Part shown: piece by piece, positions 28,601-42,207 of the stretch
Layout of the letters: every line of letters starts with the position of its first letter
How positions within the stretch are numbered: the first letter of the stretch is position 1
Assembly (NCBI GenBank): GCA_964016885.1
Contig: OZ024751.1
Span: forward strand, 41,044,001-41,108,000
DNA length: 64,000 nt
Direction of reading: 5' to 3'
Source of the DNA: Eledone cirrhosa
Taxonomy: Eukaryota
Program-made: the position numbers and the translations under genes
The notes under the pieces: model-generated
Told to the model about the DNA's origin: nothing
Database searches by the model: none
Seen by the model: only the letters and a program-made list of their open reading frames with translations

Positions 28601-28636
28601 CGTGTTGTGTGTGTGGGGGGAGGAAGAGAGAATGTC

Positions 28637-28730
<94 letters not shown>

Positions 28731-29243
28731 TATATGTGTGTTTTTGTATATATATGAATATATGTGTGTGCATGTGTGTGGGAAAAAGAGGGAGAGAAAG
28801 AGTGTGTGTATATATGTATGTTTATAGGTGTGTGTGTCAGTGTGTGCTTGTATATATATATATATGTATGTATGTATGTGTATGTTTCTCTCCTATTATT
28901 TTGCTCCTCCTCCTTCTCCTTCTATCCCCTCCCCCTCTCTATATTTTATGCTGCAATGAAAGTTACCAAGACAATAAACTCTCTATACTTTGGTTTCTAA
29001 TCTTTTCTGCAGCATTTCTCCGCCCCCAGGAGATATCAGCGTTACTTGCAGACAGCCCCTTCCTCGTCATCCCGACCCCCCAAACCTTACACTGGGGCCA
29101 CTTCACCTGGGACCTCCGCCATTTCTTTATCCGTAGTTTACTATTTTTTTTGTTTTGTTTTATTTTTATGGCATCATTTTTCCACGCCATTTTGTTCCTT
29201 TATTTTACTTCTTCCTTTCCTTCTCCTTCTTTTTCTTCTTATC

Positions 29244-29488
<245 letters not shown>

Positions 29489-30069
29489 TCCCCCTCTGCT
29501 CCCCTCATCATGATTATGTCTGTGGTTTTCATAGTGTTTCTTGTTGTTCTTCTTCTCCTTCCTATAGACAATATGTTGTTAAGACTGAGAGACATTCCAT
29601 TTAACGAGTGGTTTATTGTCGTTTTTGTGAGTTTACTTTAGAAATGTCTAACTATTCCAACTTTACCATTTTCTCCCTCAGTTCATCTTCCTACGTTAAA
29701 TCAGTCGATCAGTTTTGTCTTTATAACACGCGACACCACCACCACACCACCATACCACCACACTACCACACCACCACACCGTCACACCACCAAACCATCA
29801 CACTACCACACCACCACACCATCACACCACCACACCAACATACCACCACACCATCACACCACCACACCACCACACTACCACACCACCACACCACTACACC
29901 ACCACACCACCACACCAGCACACCACCACACCACCACTCTACCACACCACCACACCACCACTCTACCACACCACCACACCACCACACCACGATACCATCA
30001 CACCACCACACCACCACACCACCACACCATCACGCCATCACCTATCGAACCATCAAGCGATTCTAGCTA

Positions 30070-30264
30070 CGAGGGTCAGCTGAAAGGTTTATAGGCTGAC
30101 CAAGATACTCTCATGGAATGACCAGATGAGGTTTAGTTTTCAACATAGTTCTTGGAAAGAAACAATGCAGTTATTAATAACAATTGAAATTAATGCATGC
30201 AAGATTTTACAGCTCTAGCATCACTCCTTCATAGTCATCCTATGAACCTTTCAGCCGACCCTCA
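30070..30264. mobile_element. Mariner-type MITE
   Basis: TA|CGAGGGTCAGCTGAAAGGTTTATAGG ... CCTATGAACCTTTCAGCCGACCCTCA|TA. Three copies in the window. Confidence 0.85.
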
Positions 30265-30400
30265 TATAGCTATAATTTTGACTGTAAAACTAGAATGGAC
30301 CTTCGTCGGTTTTGACGACGAGTATTCCAATTGTTCAATCGGCGGAACAGCCTGCTCGCGAAAATTAACGTGTAAGTCACTGAGCGTTCCACAGACAAAG

Positions 30401-30631
30401 GATGGTGGAATGGCAGAATCGGTAGAGTGTCGGACAACATACTTTGTGGTATATAGTTATGTACCTTTACGTTCTGAGTTCAAATCCCGCCGAGGTTAGT
30501 TTTGTCTTTCATCCTTGCGGGATCGATAAAATAAATTACCAGTAACGCACTGGGGTCGATTTAATCAACTTTCTTCTCCTCTCCTCGCAAAATTGTTGGT
30601 TGGCCTTGTACCTAAATTAGAAACTGTTATT
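30401..30631 (+). mobile_element. SINE A abutting the Wnt16 exon 2 acceptor
   Basis: Full head (TGGCAGAATCGG...GAGTTCAAATCC). The tail ends about 14 nt before the exon. Confidence 0.8.
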
Positions 30632-30645
30632 TCTTGTCTTTGTAG

Positions 30646-30875
30646 GTACCTGGGAGTATCGTCATTGAGTACCCTACATGGTGATACGTGCAGTGAAGTA
30701 CCTGGATTAGTATGGAGGCAAGTGGAAGTATGTCGTAATAACCCCCAGATACTATACTGTATCAGCGAAGGGGCTCGCAGAGGAATATCCGAATGTAAAG
30801 AACAGTTTCGTTATGAACGATGGAACTGTACAACACAACGGAACCTGTCGGTGTTTGGACAAACTTTAACTAAAG
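30646..30875 (+). CDS. WNT16: Wnt16 exon 2
   Basis: Acceptor tttgtag|G and donor G|gtaaa. Encodes YLGVSSL...CSEVPGLVWRQVEVC...EGARRGISECKEQFRYERWNC, the Wnt N-terminal motif. Confidence 0.95.
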
Positions 30876-30935
30876 GTAAACACCCCCTTTTCATTATTTG
30901 GTGGATTTCACTTTAATCCCCCAAATTACGCTGTG

Positions 30936-31082
30936 AAGGCGCATGGCTTAGTGGTTAGAGTATTGGGCTTACAATCGAAAGGTTTTGGGTTCAATTCTCG
31001 AATCGAGTGGTGTGTTGTTTCCTTGAGCAAGACACTTTATTTCACTTTATTGCTCCAGTATACTCAGCTGTAGAAATGAGAT
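30936..31082 (+). mobile_element. SINE B
   Basis: gaaggcgcatggcttagtggttag head plus core. Confidence 0.75.
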
Positions 31083-31756
31083 GATAGGACTGGGGTCCCT
31101 ATTATTAAATCCCCCAAAACACCCCCCAACGAGATATACCTTGGAGGAGGCTAACTAAACCTGCATAAGTTTGAGCTGTCACACACGCACACACACACAC
31201 ACATTACACCCTTCCACCCCCACCCCCACATTCACCTCCGCATCCACACCCATACCCCCTACACATACACACACTCTCCAGCCCTTATCACTGTTACAGT
31301 CGGAAATGCAGGTAACCACTGGTTGGTCCGTTGGAAAGCTATCGAGAGTAGAGTTCCATCAACAAGATCCCAGACCTCATTCCCTCACCGAGTTGAAGTG
31401 GAACTCGTCAAACTGAAACCAAGAAATCAATGTTTCTATTGGTCTTTTCCACGTTCTCTTCCTTCTTCTTCTTCTTCTTCTTCTTCTTCTTCTTCTTCTT
31501 CTTCTTCTTCTTCTTCTTCTTTCTATAGGTATTTTCCAATTACAGGTACCATCTACCTGTCGTAACTCCTGGCAGCTAGAACAAACGACAATAATGTTCA
31601 TATATTCCGATTAATCTGACTAATTATGTCCAACTTCAAAGACTTTATGAAGTTTGGTTCTTGGCACCAAAATAATTCCTTCAAAATAATTCAAGGAATT
31701 TTAGTATTTTATTTCTTGTATTAATTTCTGTTCCTTCGATGATGACATAGTTTTCA

Positions 31757-32078
31757 AGGAGCGTGACTTTGTGGTTAGGGCATTCGGCTTACAATCGTAA
31801 GGTTGTGAGTTCGATTCCCGGCGATGCGTTGTGTCCTTGAGCAAGACACTTTATTCCACGTTGCTCCAGTCCACTCAGCTGGCAAAAATGAGTTGTACTT
31901 GTTGTTCGAATGGCTAGCCTTGTCACATTCTGTGTCACGCTGAATCTCCCTGACAACTACGTTAAGGGTACGCGTGTTTGTGGAATGCTCAGCCACTTGC
32001 ACGTTAATTTCATGAGTAGGTTGTTCCGTTGATCGGATCAACTTAAACACTCATCGTCGTAACCGACGGAGTGCTCTC
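31757..32078 (+). mobile_element. tRNA-derived SINE family B (CORE-like), full length
   Basis: tRNA head with B box GAGTTCGATTCC, then tgtgtccttgagcaagacactttat..cacgttgctccagtccactcagctg. The reverse complement occurs at 8912-9155 and 30295-30395. Confidence 0.8.
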
Positions 32079-32141
32079 ACAGTTTTCTATACACAATCTT
32101 TATGGCTGTTTTCTTTTTTTTTTTTCAATTTTCTTTTTCAG

Positions 32142-32416
32142 GAAGCAAGGAGACAGCTTTCATCTACGCTATTTTGAGCGCTGGTGTTGTCCACTCCGTA
32201 ACCCAGTCGTGTAGTGCTGGTAATTTAACTGACTGTAGCTGTGACATGAATCGTTACGGAGAAGTGGATGGTGAGGGATGGGAATGGGGGGGATGCAGTG
32301 ACAACATCCATTACGGTACTTGGTTCTGTAAGATGTTTGTCGATGCACCCGATGCTAATTCAAAAAGTGACACACGCAACCTCATGAATATTCATAATAA
32401 TGAAGTTGGTAGAAGG
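32142..32416 (+). CDS. WNT16: Wnt16 exon 3
   Basis: Acceptor ttttcag| and donor AGG|gtaagt. Encodes [35 protein letters not shown]...WEWGGCSDNIHYGTWF...HNNEVGRR, closest to Wnt16 ([32 protein letters not shown]). Confidence 0.95.
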
Positions 32417-33065
32417 GTAAGTTTGGCAAATCAAGAGTTTGCGTTTATATCTTTATTTTTTATTCTTTTATTCATTTAATGGTTTCGGTGATTAGATTGC
32501 GGCCATACTACTTTCCAAGTTCTGTTATACTTTGGTCCAGGTCGGTTGGTATATATCATGTAGCTCCAATAATAAGGGGTGTGAAACTGAACGTATATCT
32601 TGGGTATTGGATCTGCAAACTCCTCATCAATGGTTCGTAGATAAACTCCTTCTCTTGTATTTTTCTTACCATATTAACGTAAAGTGGGCAGCTGACTTCT
32701 ATTGGGTCATCAAGTATGAAATTTGTAGATATTTGTAGGAAAAAAAAATTCTACAAATTTCATATTTGACGACCCAATAAAACAGGGCTTGTTTTTAACC
32801 TGTAGTCCCAAACAACAATATCAGGCCAGTTGTGTTTTAATTTGGTGGCAGTTTATATTTTTAGGTCCTACCAATATTCCTTTGAGCCGACTTATAAAAC
32901 AACGTTGCGTGACTTTTCTTGAGACTTTAATCCTCGATATCGAGATCTCCAGAACTTAGGTATCGTTTTCAATGACATCAGAGAAAGTTTCTTCTGAACT
33001 TGTAAAATATATCACACAGCTTCCTGTTTTACTCGGATCGTTGATACTGTTTGCATAATGAGCAG

Positions 33066-33114
<49 letters not shown>

Positions 33115-33208
33115 CCATCATTATCATCAACATGTATCATATATTTATTTATTTATTTATTTCATGTAATCTTTTACATAAATAGAAACCTACACAGGGC
33201 TTATTCTC

Positions 33209-33286
<78 letters not shown>

Positions 33287-33598
33287 GGTCTGTGCGTGTG
33301 TGTGTGTTCTTATCTCTCTCCCTCTCTCTGTGTCTGACCACCTATAAGTTTTTTGGGGGAGGGGGAGTTATTTAGTCTCCCCCCCCCCCTAACACTCTGT
33401 TAAATATGTTTTACTCATTCCAAGTTTTACATTTCTTTCACAAACCCCAGTCACACATACACACATACACACATACATTCACATACACATACATTCACAT
33501 ACACATACATTCACATACATTCACATACATTCACATAGACACATACATTCAGATACACACACATATACGCATATACACATACACACACACACATACAT

Positions 33599-33637
<39 letters not shown>

Positions 33638-33764
33638 CATACACACACACACACACACACATACACATACATCACACACAGGCACGCACATAACCACACA
33701 CATACACACACATAACCACACATACATACACACACACTACCACACACATACACACACACAACCA

Positions 33765-33907
33765 CAGAGTGGGCCGCATAGGATGTGGCTCATCATAAGG
33801 TGGGCCGCACTACTACAAAAATTAAAAGCAATTTTGAAATTAGGCCTGCCATTTAGAAATCCAAGCAGGCCGCATGTGGCTCGCGAGCCGCAGTTTGCCC
33901 ATTACTG
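33765..33907 (-). mobile_element. hAT (Charlie-like) non-autonomous end
   Basis: The reverse strand reads CAGTAATGGGCAAACTGCGGCTCGCGAGCCACATGCGGCC, resembling hAT termini. Confidence 0.5.
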
Positions 33908-33975
33908 CTCTAAGCTGTGATCATGCCATAGTTCTTTCAGAAACTTACTCTTGCCTCAGAACTGAGTGAGTAAAC

Positions 33976-34032
33976 GTCGTCACTGATGATATGATGGGTG
34001 TTTTAAATCCTGAAACACAAGTGTATGGCGGC
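33976..34032 (+). ncRNA. Type-I hammerhead motif
   Basis: Stem I GTCGTCA/TGGCGGC (7 bp including G-U pairs); CTGATGA; imperfect stem II; GAAA CAC-AA-GTG; GUA cleavage triplet. Confidence 0.65.
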
Positions 34033-34370
34033 CTTCTCACACAGCTACTGGGATAGCTGTGACATGATCACAGCTTAAAATACTCATAGCGAGACTTACA
34101 TAAACTACGTAATATGACAGTTGTAGCTTGATAATGTCTGTCTTCTCCCATTTGGTGGCTGTTGTGGTCTGGTTGCGTATGCCGAGTTTTTGAAAGGTAG
34201 GTGGTCCGCTGCGTTTGGTTTGCCGAGCTTGAAGGGTGAGTGAGGTTTGGTTTGGCAGAAGTCATAAGTACAGGCTGGCGTTCGATTTTAGGGTTTTTGT
34301 TGGGTGTTTGTGGAGAGACGTAAATATGACCATTACTGCTCCAATCAGGAGCAGTAATGGTCATATTTAC

Positions 34371-34435
<65 letters not shown>

Positions 34436-35494
34436 AGAACTTAGGTGTGTTTCAACTTGGGGGAGGGGAGAGTTAGATGAGCTCCACCAGGTTATAATTT
34501 CACAGAAACGACTTAGTCTCTATGACGTTACACCCACGACTACTTCATTGAGTTAAAGTCCCATTGATGGATATACGAATGGTTGGTATTACTGCTAATG
34601 CTATTGTCCATTCAATTCGGCACCAATTTATATTATATCACTGACAGCACCTACATTTAATATATATAGTAAAGGTTGGTTTGTAGCATGGCCTGGGCCA
34701 ATATTGGCCGAAACCTATCAAAGTGATCATTGAGTTCTTGTAATCGTTACATCTCTGTTTTACCAATGTTTTGGTCTATATCCTGATTTCTTGAGCTGTT
34801 TTATTACTGGTGACAATTGGTCTTGTTGCTGTTGTTGCTGTTGTTATTGCTGTTGTTGTTGCTGTTGTTACTGTTGTTATTGCTGTTGTTGTTGCTGATG
34901 TTGCTTTTGTTGTTGCTGCTGTTGTTGCTGTTGTTATTGCTGTTGTTGTTGCTGTTGTTGCTGTTGTTATTGCTGTTTTTGTTGCTGCTGTTGCTGTTGT
35001 TATTGCTGTTGTTGTTGCTGTTGTTGCTGTTGTTATTGCTGTTGTTGTTTCTGATGTTGCTGTTGTTATTGCTGTTGTTGTTGCTGTTGTTGCTGTTGTT
35101 ATTGCTGTTGTTGTTGCTGTTGTTGCTGTTGTTATTGCTGTTGTTGTTGCTGCTGTTGCTGTTGTTATTGCTGTTGTTGTTGCTGTTGTTGCTGTTGTTA
35201 TTGCTGTTGTTGTTTCTGATGTTGCTGATGTTATTGCTGCTGTTGTTGCTGCTGTTGTTGATGTTATTGCTGTTGTTGTTATTGTTGTTGATGTTGTTGC
35301 TGTTGTTGGTAGGTTGTTGATGTTGTTGCTGTTGTTGGTAGGTTGTTGTTGTTGTTGTTCGTGTTATTGTTGTTATGTTGTTGTTATTCTTGTTGTTGTT
35401 GTTGCTTTTGTTAGAAATTGTGACACTTTACTTCGTTTTTATTGCTCACATTATTTTCATGCATGTCTCTGTGTGTATATGAGCGTATAGTAAC

Positions 35495-35643
<149 letters not shown>

Positions 35644-35647
35644 CTAA

Positions 35648-35686
<39 letters not shown>

Positions 35687-35694
35687 CTAAACAC

Positions 35695-35730
<36 letters not shown>

Positions 35731-35731
35731 G

Positions 35732-35798
<67 letters not shown>

Positions 35799-36518
35799 GT
35801 GTGTATTTGGATGTACAAGTGTATATGTGTGTATTGGTGTGGGTGTGAGAGTTAGTGTATGTGAGTGTGAATGTGGATGTATGTGTGTGTATGTGTACGT
35901 GTGTGTATATGTCTGTGCGTGTATCTGTGCATATGGAAGTGTATATTTGTGTGGTTGTGTGTGTATGTCTGTGTGGGTGTGCATATGTGGGTGTGAATGT
36001 GTATGCATGTGTGTAAGTGTGAGTGGGGGTGCATGTATTTGTGTGTATGGGAGTGAATGTGTTTGTGTGTGTGTGTATATCTATGTGTGTGTATGCATGT
36101 ATGTGTGTTTGCGTGTGTGTATATGTATGTGTGTATGTGTATGTGTATGCGCTTGTATGTGTGTTTGCGTGTGTGTATGTGTATGTGTATATGTATGTGC
36201 ATGTATGTGTGTTTGTGTGTGTGTATATGTATGTGTGTGTATGCATGTATGTGTATGTGTGTGTGTGTCAACTTTAGGGAATATACCCCGACCCCCGGAT
36301 TTGGTTTATGCATCATGTGTTGACGTATTTCAATGGGAAAGACAAAGAGAAGGAAAGTCATGGAAGTATGGGGAGGAGGGTGCGTGTAGAGAGATGGGGG
36401 TGTGGTGGGGGAGGGGGTAAGGGATGTTGCATTGAGGGGTGAGAAATGAAGTCGTATGAAAACAAGCGCTAAAGAAGAAAGCAACGGAAGAAGGAAAACA
36501 ACAACAACAACAACAACA

Positions 36519-36578
<60 letters not shown>

Positions 36579-36910
36579 TTAATAATAATAATAATAACAA
36601 TAATAAGAGGGGGTGAGGAAGATAAAAAGAAGACCACCAACAACAACAACAATAACAGCAACAAGAGAAGGAAGGACATAAATTCTTCAGCTATTAAGGC
36701 TGTACCAGCTGTTAGGGTCATTGGTAGGGGACAAATATGTATGTAGATATATATATATATATATACATATATATATACCTGCATATATACACACACATAC
36801 ATATATATATATACATATATATATATATGTATATATATATAGATATGTATATATATATACATATATATACATATATACATATATACATATATATATATTT
36901 ATATACATAC

Positions 36911-36961
<51 letters not shown>

Positions 36962-37081
36962 TATAATATATACATACATGTACATTTATATGCGTGTATA
37001 TACATATATATACATATATACATACATATATATATATATACATATACACATATGCATATATACATTTACATATATGCACAC

Positions 37082-37119
<38 letters not shown>

Positions 37120-37294
37120 TAACAGAAAAGCGTGGGAAGTTGTAAGAAGAAGTAACCAGAAAAATGTTTTGGAAACGACAAATTTCTGTCTTTGAGTTTG
37201 GTTTAAAATATTGATGTTTTCTGGTTTTGTGAGATGAGAAAATTGACTTCAGTTCAGATAAGACTCTTAAAACTGGACATTATTTGATTTTAGA

Positions 37295-37480
37295 CGGTGA
37301 ATTGGCAGTGTCGGTGGAGGGTTGGACGCCATGCTTTCCAGCATAGTTACGTCCCTTTACGATCTGAGTTCAAATCCCGCCGAGGTTAACTTTGCCTTTC
37401 ATTCTTACGGGGTCGATAAAATAAAGTACCAGTAATGCACTGGGTAATTGCTGGCCTTGTGCCTAAAGTAGAAACAATTA
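37295..37480 (+). mobile_element. SINE A
   Basis: Near-consensus copy. Confidence 0.8.
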
Positions 37481-37778
37481 TTTGATTTTAGACCATATTT
37501 CATTCATTCGATGTTTCAGTTTAAATTTAACGGTTAAAATTGGACAGATTTGTAAAAGGTTTTTGAAAGGCTAAGTTAATATTGATTGATTTTTTTTTTT
37601 GTTTTGTTTTTTTTTTGCTTTAATCTTTCCTTTATATTTCATTGTCAGCTTTGCCGAACAATTTAATTTTGTGCAAATCCACCTCTCAAACCAACCTTTT
37701 CAAGATAGAAAAAAGTTATGCATTAGAAGTTTCGCCTTACTTTTTTTTTATTTTTTTTTTTTACAATTAATAATTGAT

Positions 37779-37846
<68 letters not shown>

Positions 37847-38193
37847 GAGCTATTACATCTTAATTATCACATTAATGAACAAATAATGTCTGATAAGTTA
37901 ATGAAATAGCTACTTGAACACTTAAACACTTGAGTTAATGTTGTCGCTATTGTCATGTGTATTCTTCTCACAATAGATACGACATATTTCGATGGCAATA
38001 TGGCTGAAGTTTTCTCTCTTATGAAACTTTTGTAAAACGTCTAACTTAACATACAATGTAATAATCCCCTTTACGACACTACTGCTTTCACTTCCACTTA
38101 ATGGACTCCTTCCAGCCGTTTTTGTATAAAGGTAATGTAGTACATACACTGAATGTGTTTGTAGTTAAATCTAACACCAATGGTAATAAAATA

Positions 38194-38463
38194 CAGGGTA
38201 ACCACAAAAACACTCCTTCATTTCAAATACTTATAGTACCTCCCGGCGTCGAAGACACTACTTTTTTCCTAAAAGAAGTCTCAAAAATCTACCATGAGTC
38301 CTGGTGGCCAAAGGTTGTTTATTATTTTTTTTTTCTTCAAATTTTTCGTTCTCAATATAAGGGTGCGTCCTAGAGGACGAAGCGTCTTCAGCGCCGGGAA
38401 ATGCGGTATATCAAAATTTAAATGAATATTCTTACAATATTGGAGCGTTTTGTGGTCACCCTG
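38194..38463. mobile_element. Tc1-type MITE
   Basis: TA|CAGGGTAACCACAAAAACACTCC ... GGAGCGTTTTGTGGTCACCCTG|TA, plus an internal inverted repeat. Confidence 0.75.
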
Positions 38464-38533
38464 TATAATTAACAACAAATAGTAAAAGAGTACAAACTAA
38501 GGGAAGAAGAAATTTTCAGTAAGGGCAAGAAAT

Positions 38534-38730
38534 AATTGCTTCTACTTTAGGCACAAGGCCAGCAATTTGAAGGGGAGAGGAAAGCCGATTAAATCGACCC
38601 CAGTACATTACAGGTGTTTTATTTTATCCAGCCCGTAAGGATGAAAGGCAAAGCTAACCTCGGCGGGATTTGAACTCAGAACGTAAAGGGCCATAACTCT
38701 ATGCTGCAAAGCATGGCGTCTGATGCTCTA
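38534..38730 (-). mobile_element. SINE A
   Basis: Family A match. Confidence 0.8.
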
Positions 38731-39004
38731 ATTAGGGCAAGAAATAATATACTTTGATCTTAGTTACAAAGTCGAGAAGAGGTCTTTTGACTGGGAACAA
38801 GATGTAGTTTTTTAAAATTTACGGTAGTTTCCGTGAAGATAACAGATGACTCGTGAAATTAGCAATCATAATTAACAATTCTGTAACTTCCGTTTCCTTA
38901 ACTCTGGGGATGTCTGAATATATAAGTGTGTGTGTATATGGGGATTGCCCTATATTTTCAAATACACTAATTTCTACATACCTATATACATGCATACATA
39001 CACT

Positions 39005-39082
<78 letters not shown>

Positions 39083-39084
39083 CA

Positions 39085-39117
<33 letters not shown>

Positions 39118-39136
39118 GAATGTATATATATGAATG

Positions 39137-39169
<33 letters not shown>

Positions 39170-39257
39170 GTGTGTGTGTATATATATATACACATATATA
39201 TATGTATATGTATTTAATAACTGTCTTCGCCTACATTTGTGTGCGTGTGTGTGAATG

Positions 39258-39288
<31 letters not shown>

Positions 39289-39297
39289 TAAACATAC

Positions 39298-39360
<63 letters not shown>

Positions 39361-39829
39361 ACTTCTTTGTTAAGCGAAACACTCTAGCACGCTCAATTGA
39401 CTATATTAACAAGGTAAAGAATAGCGATTGATATTTGCTTTCAGTAACATCACATCCATTAGGCAATGTAAATTTTTTCTATTAACGCTGCTTATAATGG
39501 GGGAAAAACTCTTTGGGCTTTCAATATAAAAATCTTGTTTTCAATAGCTGAACAGGTGGCTAGTGAAACGATCGTTCATTTCTGTGCTACTGCCACCGAC
39601 AACCAGTTATCATGAAATGGTTGACATGTTTAGCAAAGATCAATCAACGCCTCCTGAAAAAAAAAGGATACAGTACACCATTGAAATCTTAAACTGAGAA
39701 CATAGAGAGAGAGGGGGAGGGGTGACACTAAAATCTTGTAGTAGATAGGGGAGAGGAGTGTGAGGATATATATGTGTTTGTACATGTATATATATGTGTG
39801 TATATATATATATCCATATATATATATAT

Positions 39830-40260
39830 TGTTATACTTTGGGAGGGTCATGTTGCCAATAAGAAACACACGCACCAGTTGCTTTCACTTCAATTTATTA
39901 TAATAAATTTATAAATTTAGGAATTTATAAATTTCCGGTTGGTTGGTTGGTTCCACAACCAGATGGTTGTTTATATATTGTCAAAGTTCTTTCGTCACAC
40001 ATTATGTGACCTCTTCAGTGGCTGGGGATTCTTTTCTTTGTTTTTGTGCCTCTCCTTTGTTCTGTCCTACGCCATCTTGTTGATGGCGATGGTGACAGTC
40101 AAGTTTGCAATTTTCAACTGGCAGTTGAAAATTGCAAACTTGACTGTCACCACACAATATCAACCTGAAGATTGCGAAAGCATGAAAGTACTTGTTCAAT
40201 TAACACTTAACATTTAATATTTTACCATACTATTTCATTCTAATACCATTATAAATTTTA
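39830..40260. mobile_element. (TA)n-embedded element family H4 (fragments also at 6620-6750 and 12241-12400)
   Basis: Shared end ttatactttgggagggtcat..gccaataa..cacacgca..ttcacttcaattta in three places, adjacent to (TA)n at 12241 and 39830. This copy has a 30-bp-arm hairpin and a hammerhead motif. Confidence 0.65.
40161..40197 (+). ncRNA. Minimal hammerhead motif (possibly degenerate)
   Basis: AAC CTGAAGA tTGC-GAAA-GCAt GAAA GTAC TT GTT, with a palindromic GTAC stem III. Lies directly after the hairpin at 40091-40151. Confidence 0.5.
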
Positions 40261-40355
40261 AAGAATTTTAAAAGATTGTAAATAATCTTCTATACACAAA
40301 CACAATCTTCTATACACAATCACAAATAATCTTCTATACACAATCATACACATCC

Positions 40356-40398
<43 letters not shown>

Positions 40399-40549
40399 TG
40401 TGTGTGTATATCTATATATATATATATATAATATATACAGTAAAATTCCGTTATAACGAAATTCACTGGGTATATAAAAATAAATTCGTTGTAACGAAAA
40501 ATTCGTTATAACGAGATCGACCGAAACAAATCGAGCGTTTGTTTGTTAT

Positions 40550-40990
40550 CGATTAAATCGACGCCAGTGCATTACTGGTACTTTATTTTATTGACCCCCC
40601 TAAGGACGAAAGGAAAAGTTAACCTCGGCGGGATTTGAAATCAGACGATAAAGGGCAGTAACTCTATGCCATAAAGTATGTTATCCGATGTTCCACCGAT
40701 ACTGCCAATCAACAATAAAGTTAGTTCAGGGTTACAACAGAACGTAGTTGGGTTATTTCAACATCAGCGATGAATGTCTATCTGTAATCTCTATCACCAT
40801 TATTCAATCGTCAGTATCGGTAGAGTCGGATGTCATGCTTTGCAGCATAGAATTGCGGCCCATTACGGTCTGAGTTCAAATCCTGCTGAGGTTAACTTTG
40901 CCTTTCTTCCTTACGGGGGTCGATAAAATAAAGTACCAGTAATGTACTGGGTATTTGCTGGCCTTGTGCCAAAAGAAGAAACCATTATTA
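40550..40990. mobile_element. Head-to-head inverted SINE A pair upstream of Wnt16 exon 4
   Basis: - copy at 40550-40710 and + copy at 40812-40990. Confidence 0.8.
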
Positions 40991-41058
40991 AATCGTGAAG
41001 CGAATAACTGAAATTTTCATTTTTTTCTCTTTTTGTTTTCTTTTCTTTTTTTCGGCAG

Positions 41059-41523
41059 GTTGTTGAAAAAGAAATGAAAATGCAATGTCGCTGTCACGGA
41101 GTTTCGGGATCGTGTGCAGTAAAGACTTGTTGGCGCAGTCTACCGGGCTTCCATGATATTGGATTACGTCTGAAGAAATTATATGAAACAGCCGTCATCG
41201 TTGTCTCTCGTTCGCGAAAAAAATTACGACGTCGAGATAAAAGCAAGCGTCATTTGCCCATTCCCAAGGACAGACTAGTACATATGCACCGTTCTAGAAA
41301 CTACTGCCGAACCGATCAAACTCGTGGTATTAGCGGCACGAGGGGGCGCCACTGCAATAAAACACTCGCTGGTCCAGGAAGCTGTAGTCTTCTTTGTTGT
41401 GGTCGTGGTTACAACACTCAGGTAGTTCGATTCGTGAATCGATGTCACTGTAAGTTCCATTGGTGTTGTTTTGTCACATGCAAGTCTTGCGAAAAAATGG
41501 TCGACGTACATACTTGCAAGTAA
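41059..41523 (+). CDS. WNT16: Wnt16 exon 4 (terminal)
   Basis: Acceptor ggcag|GTT. Encodes CRCHGVSGSCAVKTCW (lipidated Ser motif, Wnt16 type) through CCGRGYNT...CHCKFHWCCFVTCKSC...HTCK*. Spliced CDS from ATG3268 is 71+230+275+465=1041 nt (346 aa) with all phases consistent. Confidence 0.95.
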   Translation, partial: VVEKEMKMQCRCHGVSGSCAVKTCWRSLPGFHDIGLRLKKLYETAVIVVSRSRKKLRRRDKSKRHLPIPKDRLVHMHRSRNYCRTDQTRGISGTRGRHCNKTLAGPGSCSLLCCGRGYNTQVVRFVNRCHCKFHWCCFVTCKSCEKMVDVHTCK

Positions 41524-41743
41524 TGATATACACTGAAGATATATATATATATATATATATATACTATATATACACTCGTGTATATATACAACAGTACGTG
41601 AGGAATCTGTAGAGGAGAGACAGAACTATTGTAGATTAAATCAAACATAGTATGAAACTGATACATATTTTATTTAAAATGAAAAAGAAAACACCTACAT
41701 GTTAAACAAATACACAGACATACAGACATAGATATGTGTGTAT

Positions 41744-41810
<67 letters not shown>

Positions 41811-41906
41811 CTCCACAGGTCCTGAACTCCCCATGGTGTCATAAGGGGGTGCATTTAAACCTGGCGGATCCCATCACTTTCCAGGTCTGAACACAACCGA
41901 TATCTT

Positions 41907-41949
<43 letters not shown>

Positions 41950-42207
41950 GAGGAATCGACCCCAGAACTAGACTGGTACTTTATTTATCGACCTCAAAAG
42001 GATGAAGGATGATAGGCAAAGTTGAGCTCGACTTTAGCTGAGAGTCGGAACGGATTTTACAAAGCAATCTATCCTTACTAATAAACTTGCCAATATATAC
42101 ATATAGGTGTGTGTGGCGTATGTATGTATAAACATAAGACGGCGAATATATATATATATATATATATATAACCGAACTTTGTTTAACTTAGTGAAAGTCG
42201 TACCAAA

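Noticed and set aside
30593-30645. N-terminal extensions of the Wnt ORFs in the track (also 32102-32141)
   Set aside because: They are intronic SINE or polypyrimidine sequence upstream of clear AG acceptors.
31757-31825. tRNA genes
   Set aside because: The A/B boxes are SINE heads followed by SINE core sequence. No complete cloverleaf with a terminator was seen.
32700-32779. 30-bp-arm imperfect hairpin as a structured RNA
   Set aside because: Single copy with no ribozyme core or other support. Probably another decayed fold-back.
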